Of a DNA stretch of 58,742 nucleotides, positions 47,266-58,742 are shown piece by piece. The position numbers and the translations under genes were made by a program. Every line of letters begins with the position of its first letter. Position 1 is the first letter of the stretch. This DNA comes from Octopus bimaculoides (Eukaryota), in the NCBI RefSeq assembly GCF_001194135.2, contig NC_068990.1, positions 85,691,493 to 85,750,234 on the forward strand. Reading direction: 5' to 3'. A model generated the notes under the pieces. It worked only from the letters and a program-made list of their open reading frames with translations. It searched no databases and had not been told where the DNA came from.

Positions 47266-47499
47266 TATCATTATTATCAAATATATATTTGGATGGATAG
47301 AGAGACAGACGCGCACGCACACAGGCACGCACACACGCACACACCAAAAACGCGCACGCATATGCATATATATACAAGTGAGTGAACAAAAGAAAGGCAC
47401 TCAACACTAATTTATTGGGAGTTTACATGTATGGATCAAAACAGTTTTATTCAAAGTCGTTGGTACTCTCGAGTGTCAAGTGTGATGCTAGTCGTCAGC

Positions 47500-47620
47500 T
47501 AGGACTTATTCTTTGTAAGCCTAGTACTTATTCTGTCGTTGTCATTTGCCGAACCGCTAAGTCACGGGGACATAAACACACCAGCATCGGTTGTCAAGCG
47601 ATGGTCGGATGACAAACACA
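47500..47620 (-). mobile_element. SINE A 3' part
   Basis: GGACTTATTCTTTGTAAGCCTAGTACTTATTCT..GGTTGTCAAGCGATGG. Confidence 0.85.
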
Positions 47621-47654
47621 CTCACAAACACACACACACACACATATATATATG

Positions 47655-47696
<42 letters not shown>

Positions 47697-48634
47697 CATG
47701 CTTGTCATGGGTGCAGGTCTATTTGTCTACGTCAGTATGTAAATGTTGATAACCGTGTGCATGCATATGCGTNNNNNNNNNNNNNNNNNNNNNNNNNNNN
47801 NNNNNNNNNNNNNNNNNNNNNNNNNNNNNNNNNNNNNNNNNNNNNNNNNNNNNNNNNNNNNNNNNNNNNNNNNNNNNNNNNNNNNNNNNNNNNNNNNNNN
47901 NNNNNNNNNNNNNNNNNNNNNNNNNNNNNNNNNNNNNNNNNNNNNNNNNNNNNNNNNNNNNNNNNNNNNNNNNNNNNNNNNNNNNNNNNNNNNNNNNNNN
48001 NNNNNNNNNNNNNNNNNNNNNNNNNNNNNNNNNNNNNNNNNNNNNNNNNNNNNNNNNNNNNNNNNNNNNNNNNNNNNNNNNNNNNNNNNNNNNNNNNNNN
48101 NNNNNNNNNNNNNNNNNNNNNNNNNNNNNNNNNNNNNNNNNNNNNNNNNNNNNNNNNNNNNNNNNNNNNNNNNNNNNNNNNNNNNNNNNNNNNNNNNNNN
48201 NNNNNNNNNNNNNNNNNNNNNNNNNNNNNNNNNNNNNNNNNNNNNNNNNNNNNNNNNNNNNNNNNNNNNNNNNNNNNNNNNNNNNNNNNNNNNNNNNNNN
48301 NNNNNNNNNNNNNNNNNNNNNNNNNNNNNNNNNNNNNNNNNNNNNNNNNNNNNNNNNNNNNNNNNNNNNNNNNNNNNNNNNNNNNNNNNNNNNNNNNNNN
48401 NNNNNNNNNNNNNNNNNNNNNNNNNNNNNNNNNNNNNNNNNNNNNNNNNNNNNNNNNNNNNNNNNNNNNNNNNNNNNNNNNNNNNNNNNNNNNNNNNNNN
48501 NNNNNNNNNNNNNNNNNNNNNNNNNAATGTGTCAAGCATATTCTATTTCTGTGAGCACATCCACACCTAATTTCAAATCATTTATACACACGTGTGTGTG
48601 TATGTGTGTACGTGTGTGTGTGTATACATGTGTG

Positions 48635-48676
<42 letters not shown>

Positions 48677-48952
48677 CATGCTTGTCATGGGTGCAGGTCT
48701 ATTTGTCTACGTCAGTATGTAAATGTTGATAACCGTGTGCATGCATATGCGTATGTGTGTATGCTTGTGTGAGTGCTTCTCTGCCTCTGTGTGTGTGTGT
48801 GTGTATGCTTGTGTGAGTGCCTCTATGTATGTGTGTGTGTGTGTGTGATCTAGAGAACGCATGCCGTGAGCAGGCTCCGTCAGATAAGGAAACGCGTCAA
48901 CACTGGGAAGCTGTTGGTTGGCTGCCGTGTGTGTATAAGTGGTTCTATGTAC

Positions 48953-49243
48953 ACAGGTGTGTATCTGTGTGTAAGTGTGTGTGTAAATATAAATATATAT
49001 GTGTGAGTACGTTCCTATCTATCTCTCTGTCTGTCTGTCTGTCTGTCTGTCTATATAAACATACAACCTCAACTACTACATGTATTCATTGTTATATATA
49101 TGAACCATGAATACATGTAGTAGTTGAGGTTGTATGTTTATATAGACAGACAGACAGACAGACAGACAGAGAGATAGATAGGAACGTACTCACACATATA
49201 TATTTATATTTACACACACACTTACACACAGATACACACCTGT
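48953..49243. repeat. Perfect inverted duplication, 137-bp arms, 17-nt spacer
   Basis: 48953-49089 is the reverse complement of 49107-49243, including identical (GACA)n and (TA)n tract lengths. Confidence 0.9.
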
Positions 49244-49789
49244 ATAGGTACGTATCGATATTCTTGTGCATAATCCTGTATGTCTACAGTTATATGTGAG
49301 TGTGAGTAGAAATATCAGCGTAAGTGGATTTGTAATGTATGAAGTATGTATGTATGTATGTATGTATGTATGTATGTATGTGTGGCTATATGCGTACGTA
49401 CATATGAAAGTTCATATATATATATATATTTGGTGTACATCTCTAGATGTGTGCCTATGTGTAAATGTATAGCTAAATATCTGTATGCGAATACGTCTAT
49501 GTAAACAATGCGGTGGAAAATGGGAAAATAGATAATAGGTATATAAGCTAATTTCGGGAGTTCTTGACCCTTTTTCAGCACCACATCCAACCTATTAATC
49601 ATCCACGAACACATTGCTTAAATAACCAATAAATTTAACGGTATAACAGAATTGAATATATATATATATACATGTATTATATATGTCGGGTTTTTTTTAT
49701 ATATCAGGATCATGCAGTTTATCAAGTCGCGTTTCTTCATTTAAAAAGAACATAGCCATTCAAAAACAGTTGCTTAGCAAGCAATTATA

Positions 49790-50175
49790 TGCGTAAAATG
49801 CAATGAATATTTCCTATCAGAAGTGAAACTGGTTTGTAATTATGTACTTTAGAATATTTAATTATATATTTTTGTGATTGTGTACTTGGAGTGTTTAATA
49901 ATGTATTTTGAAATGATACAAATGTAAAAATGTACTTTGGAATACGTAATCTTGAAATGATTGAATTTTCGTAATGAATTTTGGATATGATATGATATTT
50001 TGGAATAAGTAATAAGGTATTTCGAAATAATTTGATAGTGATAATCTTTTTTTCATCACATATTACTGTCTTTTGAAATGATTTCATTGCAATCGTATAC
50101 ATTGGAAGTAATTAACTGCATTATAAAAAGAATACCGCATCTTTTTACTGGTATTATTTTTCAATATTTCCCCAA
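49790..50175 (-). repeat. Second copy of the unclassified AT-rich interspersed repeat
   Basis: See 31630-31945. Confidence 0.75.
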
Positions 50176-50181
50176 ATTAAA

Positions 50182-50226
<45 letters not shown>

Positions 50227-50400
50227 CATACCATATTATATGTATACGTATATATGTATGCATCTACATGTACGTAATTATGTGTATGTGTGTATGCAAT
50301 ATATATGCATGCATATATATGTGTGTNNNNNNNNNNNNNNNNNNNNNNNNNNNNNNNNNNNNNNNNNNNNNNNNNNNNNNNNNNNNNNNNNNNNNNNNNN

Positions 50401-50434
<34 letters not shown>

Positions 50435-51612
50435 CCAAGAGAGTTAGGGGTTGAGGATCCAACCCACTAAGGGATAATATCTATCCAATATACTGCTGGG
50501 AGGGTACCCGATTATTGTTACACTAGTGTTATACCAAGTGCAATAAGTGGGTGCGGGTAAAAGGTGGGGGTTATTTTACCCTAAATTTTTATAGCAATAA
50601 GAAAATGGAGGGGAAATGAGGTACTCATTAACTTGCAGACACCGTACTCCGTTGATTAATCTGTTTATTTTATAACTAAATTGACAAAAAACACAATATA
50701 CAGACACTTATGACATACCATGTCATATCAACAATTTCGCCCACACTCTCTTTTCCAGACATACATATCTGTCCTCATATACACAAATTTTATCTCTCTC
50801 CTCGCTTTTGTTCACTACGAATGCGCGCGTGTACATACGTGTATGTTTTATTTTGCACGTTTTAGAGTACATTTGAATGCGTACTTGACACTAAATTGAC
50901 TTAGAGGTTTCACTCTTGAATTTTGCTTGCTTGGTTTAACCATTGTTCAGCGATCTATATGAAATCCAGTAACCGAGGAATACGAGGTTTCGGTCTCTGT
51001 CGATGTAGTAATCCAGACGGAGAATTATGAGCAAAAACACAATCAGTTGCAAACTCAATATTTTGCGCAGTGAAGTAAAATGACATCGACGTTTCGGTCA
51101 ATTTGTCATTTGTCTAAGTAGATAGATAGAGCAGATATATATAAATACTTGTTGGAAAACAAAAAAGGATGTTATCCCGGCAACACAGTGAGATATGGCG
51201 GAATGGATGTGGGGAAAGGGTTTGTGGTTTCTAGCTGAGTATGCTGCGGTGGGTGGGGGTGGGGGCAGCGCATATTTGTCATGTAAGTCATGCGTTGAAA
51301 GTATTAAATGCCCGAGCAAATATGTATGTGTGTATTTGTGTGTATGCGTGCGTATGTATGTGTGTGCGCGTGTGCATGTATGTGTGTGTGTGTGTGTGCC
51401 ACTAGTAGTAGTAGTAGTAGCGTTGCGTGGTGATGCAACGCGATTTAGACATAATAAATGTGTGATTGAATCTATGCGTGCGAATGAGAGCGAGTTCAGG
51501 TAGTGAGAACAGGTGTGTGTGTGTGTGTGTACGTGTGTGTGTATGAGTGTGTATGTGTGTGTTTATAAGAGTAAGCTCAAGTAGCAACAATATTTGCGTG
51601 TGTGCGTATGTT

Positions 51613-51733
<121 letters not shown>

Positions 51734-52469
51734 AAGGCAGAACCTATATGTAAGGGAAGAGTAGTGTGCATGCGCATGTGTAGACGTGTATTATCGTAGG
51801 TTTAAAGGATGGTAAAGGAGAGCTAATCGATTATTGACACCTCCACGAACGGCTGTCCCTGAGCGGAAAAAATTAACGTTTGTTCATGGCAGAATCGGGT
51901 ACCGGGAGTGCCATAGTTTTGCAGAAGAAGATCTCTAACAGCGAGATGAAAGTGAGAGTGGCTGGTAAATTGTGTATAAGTGCATGAGCTGTGTGTAAAC
52001 ATATTAGAACAGATATTTCTATGTTTTCTGCCATTTGATGTATCTGTATGTGCGATTTAGATCGTGAATTTAAGAGGATAATGGGTGTGAAATGCGCCTG
52101 GAAGTTTGAGTATACGATATGTGTGTGTGTGTGTGTGTGTGTCTATCTGTGTGAGGGGGGAATAGGGTGTGCCTGCATGTGAATGTGCTATTCCTTCAGG
52201 GTTTTTTTTTTGTTTGTTTATTAATGTATTCATATATTATCGTTATTCATTCATTTATTCTCTGCTTAGCAAAAGAAATATTTTGTGTAAAAGATGGCGA
52301 GTGAGGTGTTACTGGGAGAAAAAGATACTCAGGTATAAGACACACATATATTCACAAACACACACATGTATGTGTGTATGTGTGTATGTGCACTTATATG
52401 TATGTGTATGTATGTGTATATATAGTGAGAATTTACAAAAAACAAAAGACGAAGACGGGTGTGTGTGTG

Positions 52470-52526
<57 letters not shown>

Positions 52527-52686
52527 CTGTGTGTGTGTGTGTGTGTGTGTGTCTGCGAGTGAATGTATGTGTATATATACATACATACATTTCAGTATTT
52601 TGCTAGTTGTTATGTTGGTACTGTCGTTGTTGTCAGACCCAATAGAGCTTATCTCGCCATATACATACATTCATACATACATACAT

Positions 52687-52718
<32 letters not shown>

Positions 52719-52725
52719 GTGTATA

Positions 52726-53122
52726 AGGCGTAGCTGTGTGGTAAGAAGCTTGCTTCCCAAACCACATGGTTCCGGGTTCAGTCCCACTGCGTGGCACCTT
52801 GGACGAGTGTCTTCTATTATAACCTCGGGCCGACCAAAGCCTTGTGAGTGGATTTGCTAGACGGAAACTGAAAGAAGCCCATCGTGTATATATATATGTA
52901 TATATATTTATGTGGGTGTGTCTTTGAGCCTGCGTTTGTCACCCCACCATTGCTTGACAACCGATGTTGGTGTGTTTAAGTCCCCGAAACTAGACAGTTC
53001 GGAAAAAGAGACCGATATAATAAGTACTAGGCTTACAAAGAATAAGTCCTGGGGTCGATTTCTTCGACTAAAAGCGGTGCTGCAGCATGGCCGCAGTCAA
53101 ATGACTAAAACGTGTAAAGAGT
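52726..53122 (+). mobile_element. SINE family A, full length
   Basis: All blocks are present. Confidence 0.9.
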
Positions 53123-53458
53123 ATATATATATATATAATATAAAATGGGACAAGAACGCAAAACATCCAGATAGACGATACAAAGAAAACAAGGACAAGT
53201 CATTGGGAGTTGTATATATATATATATATATATGCACATATACACAGACATTCGTATCTCTATACACACATACATACATGCGCACATATGTAACTCACAC
53301 AGCGCAGCTAATGACGTTACGTGGAGTTGCTAGTTCATATCTCCGTTCAAAGTCTACAGAGGCGGTCATGATTTATATTCATGTCACTAACGATCAGTGA
53401 ACATCACGCATCTTTTATTTTCGATACGCACGCCCCCCGCCCCACACGATATTACCAC

Positions 53459-53660
53459 GATTATCATCACTATCATGTTAACGTCTGATTTTTACATGCT
53501 TGCTTGAGTTAGACGAGTCTTATCCAGCACATTTTTGCCTTCGTTAAGTTCAGCCGGCCAAGATCAGCTTTCTTCACTTCTTCCCATGAACCACAACCCC
53601 TTTCTGAAAAATTACTTCCAACTGAATCGCATGACACCTCTTTCCCCAGCTTTATATCCA
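53459..53660 (-). mobile_element. RTE-like LINE 3' end
   Basis: Minus strand RGCGSWEEVKKADLGRLNLTKAK resembles the RTE C-terminal GRPRKTWxEVVxxDLxxLxL motif, then a short UTR and a decayed (GAT)n tail. Confidence 0.55.
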
Positions 53661-54063
53661 TATATTTACAAATACATGCATACATGCACAATACATACAC
53701 ACTCATATATAAATAATAACTGGTTGTAAAATGACATAAGTTTTGCTTTACGACTTCTCTTACGGTCAAACGTAAAACTGTTACATTTTTATGATACAAA
53801 AATTAACTTATTTTTAGATATAGTTTTATTTATCAGATAATGTTTAACCACTTTGTAAACATATCCCAAACTGAACACGACCATAAATATGCTTAGATAC
53901 ATGCATACACACACACACACACGTGTGCGTCCATACCTACATAATTTATACATACATACATACACACATACATACATACATACATACATACATACATACA
54001 TAGTTTTCAAGTGGTAGGCGGTGAGAACAACTCAAGCACAAATATACACATATACATATATTT

Positions 54064-54104
<41 letters not shown>

Positions 54105-54462
54105 CATATGGCGGGCCTCCACAATTTTCGCTCACCAAATTCATCCACAGGTCATTTGTCAGCTCGGGGGCTATAATAGAAAACACTTGCCCAAGGTGTC
54201 ACGCAGCGGAACTGCGTCTAAAACCACGCGCCTGAAAACCGAACGTATGGGGGTGTGGGGTGTGGGGTGTATGTGTGTGTGAGTGTGTGTGTGCGTATGT
54301 GTGCGTGTGTGTGTGTGTGTGTATAAATTGCCAATCGCGAGCGAGCAAGACATGGTTGGTTACATGTACCATGCTTCCGCTAATTATTCTTGGTACTTAT
54401 GTAACCGCGAGCAGACATAGACTGTCTCTCTCTCTCTCTCTCCTCGCTTTCTCTCTCTCCCC

Positions 54463-54522
<60 letters not shown>

Positions 54523-55103
54523 NNNNNNNNNNNNNNNNNNNNNNNNNNNNNNNNNNNNNNNNNNNNNNNNNNNNNNNNNNNNNNNNNNNNNNNNNNNNNN
54601 NNNNNNNNNNNNNNNNNNNNNNNNNNNNNNNNNNNNNNNNNNNNNNNNNNNNNNNNNNNNNNNNNNNNNNNNNNNNNNNNNNNNNNNNNNNNNNNNNNNN
54701 NNNNNNNNNNNNNNNNNNNNNNNNNNNNNNNNNNNNNNNNNNNNNNNNNNNNNNNNNNNNNNNNNNNNNNNNNNNNNNNNNNNNNNNNNNNNNNNNNNNN
54801 NNNNNNNNNNNNNNNNNNNNNNNNNNNNNNNNNNNNNNNNNNNNNNNNNNNNNNNNNNNNNNNNNNNNNNNNNNNNNNNNNNNNNNNNNNNNNNNNNNNN
54901 NNNNNNNNNNNNNNNNNNNNNNNNNNNNNNNNNNNNNNNNNNNNNNNNNNNNNNNNNNNNNNNGTGTGTGTGTTATTAAAGCTGTAAAATTATCACAGAA
55001 CTGTTACTCAAAGTTTCACGCTTCCGCTCATCGGACAGTTTTCATCACAACTGTATATGTTGTGATGAAAACTATATATATATATATATATATATAAACA
55101 TCA

Positions 55104-55190
55104 CACTCGCAACGCCCGGTCTGGGAATCGAAACCGCGATCCTACGACCGCGAGTCCACTGCCCCTAACCACTGTGCCATTGCGTCTCCA
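55104..55190 (-). mobile_element. SINE C head only
   Basis: CAACGCCCGGTCTGGGAATCGAAACCGCGATCCTACGACCGCGAGTCC..CCATTGCGTCTCC. Confidence 0.9.
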
Positions 55191-55336
55191 CGGTTTATAT
55201 GCATGCACATATGTTTATATATGCACAGGTATATGTACGGTCTACACCAACATATGCAAATGACGCTGTTGCCGGGCGAGTCGATATTTCGTCTGGTGTT
55301 GATACGACATACAGCAAAGGTATTGCTAGCAAACAC

Positions 55337-55390
<54 letters not shown>

Positions 55391-56042
55391 TCCTAGAGAA
55401 GTGCTATTATGCAATTTCATTACGTGTAAAATCTCAATGGTATTAAAGTCAGTGTGTACGAAATATTCGCACGAAAGACGAGAGTTTAATAAAAAAGAAA
55501 TCGACGCATCAACAGGTCAATGATAATGTGTTACATATGTATTGATGTCACAATTGAATTATAGCCAGGTATACAAAAAAGAGGGGCGATAAAAAATACA
55601 GAAAGACGGTCGGAGAATAAGCTAAACGAAAATCGTTGGGGTTTTTTGGAGGGGGGAGTCTTTTTTTTACAAAAAAGAGTAAAGGCGAGAAAAGGATGAG
55701 AAGAAAAAGAAAGACAAGAAACGCAATAAGTTGAGTTAGAAATATTAGTGAACAGGACGTTTCATTTTATAATATTATGGTATCTTCGTCGTCGCTGCTG
55801 CTGTTGTTGCTGCTACTGCTGCTGTTGCTGCTACTGCTGCTGTTGTTGTTGTTGTTACTAGCATTTTTTTTTTTTACAAAACTCGGCCCAGCACCCGCTT
55901 GTTTAGCCTGATCCAGCAGACATATGATGATGAGTACTCCATCTGTATGTAACCACCCAGAATTTTGTATTTATCTCATCAGATAATGTATGCACGTGTG
56001 TTTATATAGTGTTTATATATATGCGCGCGTGTGTGTGTAGTT

Positions 56043-56450
56043 GCAGGAGTGGCTGTGTGGTAAGAAGCTTGCTTCCCAGTCACATGGTTCCGGGTTCAGT
56101 CTCACTGTGTGACACCTCGGGCAAGTGTTGTCTACTATAGCCTCGGGCCGACCAAAGCCTTGTGAGTAGATTTGGTAGACGGAAACTGAAAGAAGCCCGT
56201 CGTCGTATATATGTATGTATATATTTGTGTGTGCTTGTGTTTGTCCCCCCCCCACCATCGCTTGACAACCGATGTTGGTGTGTTTACGTCCTCGTCCCCG
56301 TAACTTAGTGGTTCGGGAAAAGAGACCGATAGAATAAGTACTAGGCTTACAAAGAATGAGTCCTAGGGTCGATTTCTTCGACTAAAGGCAGTGCTCCAGC
56401 GTGACCGCAGTCAAATGACTGAAACAAGTAAAAGATTAAAAGATTAGAGT
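56043..56450 (+). mobile_element. SINE family A, full length
   Basis: All blocks are present, with a GTAAAAGATTAAAAGATT tandem tail. Confidence 0.9.
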
Positions 56451-57147
56451 ATATACATATATATAGAGAGAGAGACGAGTAAATGCAAGGCCTTGAATAA
56501 AAATGGTACGCAGATTGCCCGTGCTGATGAGTAGAATTTATTGTAGCGGTAGAAGAGGCAGCGAGAGGAAACAGCGTATCTGTAGCCCAATGGTTTTAAT
56601 GTATTGGTGATTAAGACTTTTCTGGTCTAGCGGATTATATTCTTTTTGTTTGGTCTAGGATGTTTTTGTGAGCATAACAACGACAACGTCTCTAATGTGG
56701 GGCACATTCGGGTTTTGTACAGTATCAGCCAACTGATGAGAGCTGAATTATTTTTCCAATAATGAAATATAATAGGAAATTGTAAGTTGAAGGTTTAAGC
56801 TGCGTTTGATTGTAAGTTGAGGGCTTAAGCTGTGTAGTGATGTGTACAGATGATTGTGCTGCTAGATTGTTTCCTTGTATGTCGCGATTGTGTTTTGATG
56901 CTGTTGTCGGAGATTTGGGTTTTATATTCTCATTCACAGATGTTTCTGAGGTCCCTTCCTGGAATTACTGCAAGCCTGGCATATGGCTGCTGGTATGACT
57001 GCTGACGAACAACTTCGTATAGTTTTATTTAAGGCGATAAGCTAACTTCCTTAAATATTATGTGTCTGTATTTGGCCAGAGTATAACTGAGTGTGTGTGT
57101 GTGTAGATAGATAGATACAAACAGACCGATAGATACACATACATACA

Positions 57148-57205
<58 letters not shown>

Positions 57206-57211
57206 TGTATG

Positions 57212-57263
<52 letters not shown>

Positions 57264-58442
57264 ATATTATTTTTCCTTTAAGGTTATTAGCTGACTTTCT
57301 CACATATTCCCTTGCTGTACTTGTCCAGGCGATCAAATGACATAAGATAAATAAAATACAAGTGACCGCTAAATAACACACCACTCGGAGTAAGTGCGAG
57401 ATACTCGCAGTTGAACAGGAGACAAGGGATACATCATGGTATTCGAAGTCAAAGTAGAAACTCGAAACTATGAGTAGAGGTTAATACACGAATTCATAGA
57501 GCCTATTACACGAGTTGAGAAATTTGTCCCAGATCTACAGGAGCAAGAATAAAATTATTTTCATAACAAGAGAAATATCTTGCAGAACCTTCTCGTAGAA
57601 ATTTCACGAAACATCTATGTGAGAAATCAGTAGATTTAATCAAAATTATACATATTCATGTTTTTTTTTTTCTCAATGACCTGGCCTTGAAATGTAAGTC
57701 AACCTGTACAGAACTGAACTTTCCTGATTGAATCTTGGATGAAATGCGGCGAAAATTCAAATTACCATAATGAGATAACGATTATAAAGTCTAACAGAAG
57801 AACTTCAACCAAAATTCCTCCTAAGATTGTTACCAATGAATTTGCTCTCGAAACTTTGCTCAGAACTGTGAACGAAGAAGAATCATTCGAATTTTGATCC
57901 TAAGGAAACGAGTTACTTCGATCTTGTGTGAATATATTGATTACCAAACTGGAATCAGTGTATTGTACACTTCTCGTGAAAAAAACAACAGGACACACCA
58001 GTTCATTCTAAAGCCCATAATGGACAATATCAGCGACCATCAGTCTGCTTTGCAGTATTTTGCATAATATATAAACTTGACTAACCCACCCATAACACAC
58101 CATACCAGTCGCTACTTGTTACTTTCTGGTGACCTATTGTCATTTAATTACACACACATACACACACACTGATTTCATTACACAATATCGTCAGCTAATG
58201 ACAATATTGTAACAATAGACGCCAATACAAAACACTATACAGTTTTAATATTGTATACAATGGATTCAGAAAAAAAGAAACGAGGGAAAAAAAACTTAAA
58301 TGCGAAAATTTATGGGAGGGAGAGCAAAAGCTGGACAAACTAGTTCTTTGCAAGTAGTGAGATATTTGATTCAACAAAGAATGAAAAACTGCTGTACTGT
58401 CCTTGGCCTAATCTGAATTTCACATTTCTGAAATGTATATGA

Positions 58443-58493
<51 letters not shown>

Positions 58494-58494
<1 letters not shown>

Positions 58495-58742
58495 TTATCT
58501 CTGGCTGCCCAGTCCTGGCTAAGAAGGAATATATTCACAGACACGACAGAGCGGGGACCTATATACACTGGAAGCTATGCCAACATTATGGAATAGCAAC
58601 AGAAAAAAGATGGTATAAACACACGCCAGAAAAGGTCACAGAAAACGAGAAAGCAACCATACTCTGGGATATGCCAATACACACAGATAGAGAAATTAAG
58701 GCGAATAGACCAGATATAGTTGTCAAAGATCATGAAGGAAAA
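58494..58742 (+). mobile_element. R4/Dong-like LINE, 5'-truncated, runs off the window end
   Basis: IISGCPVLAKKEYIHRHDRAGTYIHWKLCQHYG..ILWDMPIHTDREIKANRPDIVVKDHE (end of the CCHC knuckle, RHD motif, RLE PD motif). Preceded directly by (AAT)n. Confidence 0.9.

Noticed and set aside
47655-48752. 118-bp direct duplication (47655-47772 and 48635-48752)
   Set aside because: One copy ends exactly at a scaffold gap. It is most simply a contig-overlap or haplotype artefact.

Overview
Eukaryotic, gene-poor (intergenic or intronic) DNA from a draft short-read assembly. About 8.5 kb is N gaps, nearly all abutting microsatellites. The very high density of simple repeats and the tRNA-derived SINE families point to a coleoid cephalopod, most likely Octopus (inference). 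No host protein-coding exon, intact tRNA/rRNA gene or CRISPR array is supportable, and the long ORFs in the track are microsatellite or gap artefacts. The window is a mosaic of at least four tRNA-headed SINE families (labelled A-D here), decayed LINEs (R4/Dong-like RLE elements sitting in (TAA)n, RTE-like, L1/Tx1-like, and another RT fragment), mariner, pogo/Tigger and hAT relics, and a candidate solo LTR. The ORF track misses two themes. (1) Several short, non-coding, Penelope-type elements carry hammerhead-ribozyme motifs. These include one apparently complete type I hammerhead at 25221-25282 inside a 71-bp-arm fold-back, and a tRNA-headed SINE whose tail holds half a hammerhead. (2) Local inverted copying recurs: near-perfect palindromes, a 165-bp inverted copy 3.3 kb away, an 89-bp conversion-like tract between inverted SINEs, and a telomeric-repeat palindrome bounded by TTAA. 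These could be biology or assembly artefact.
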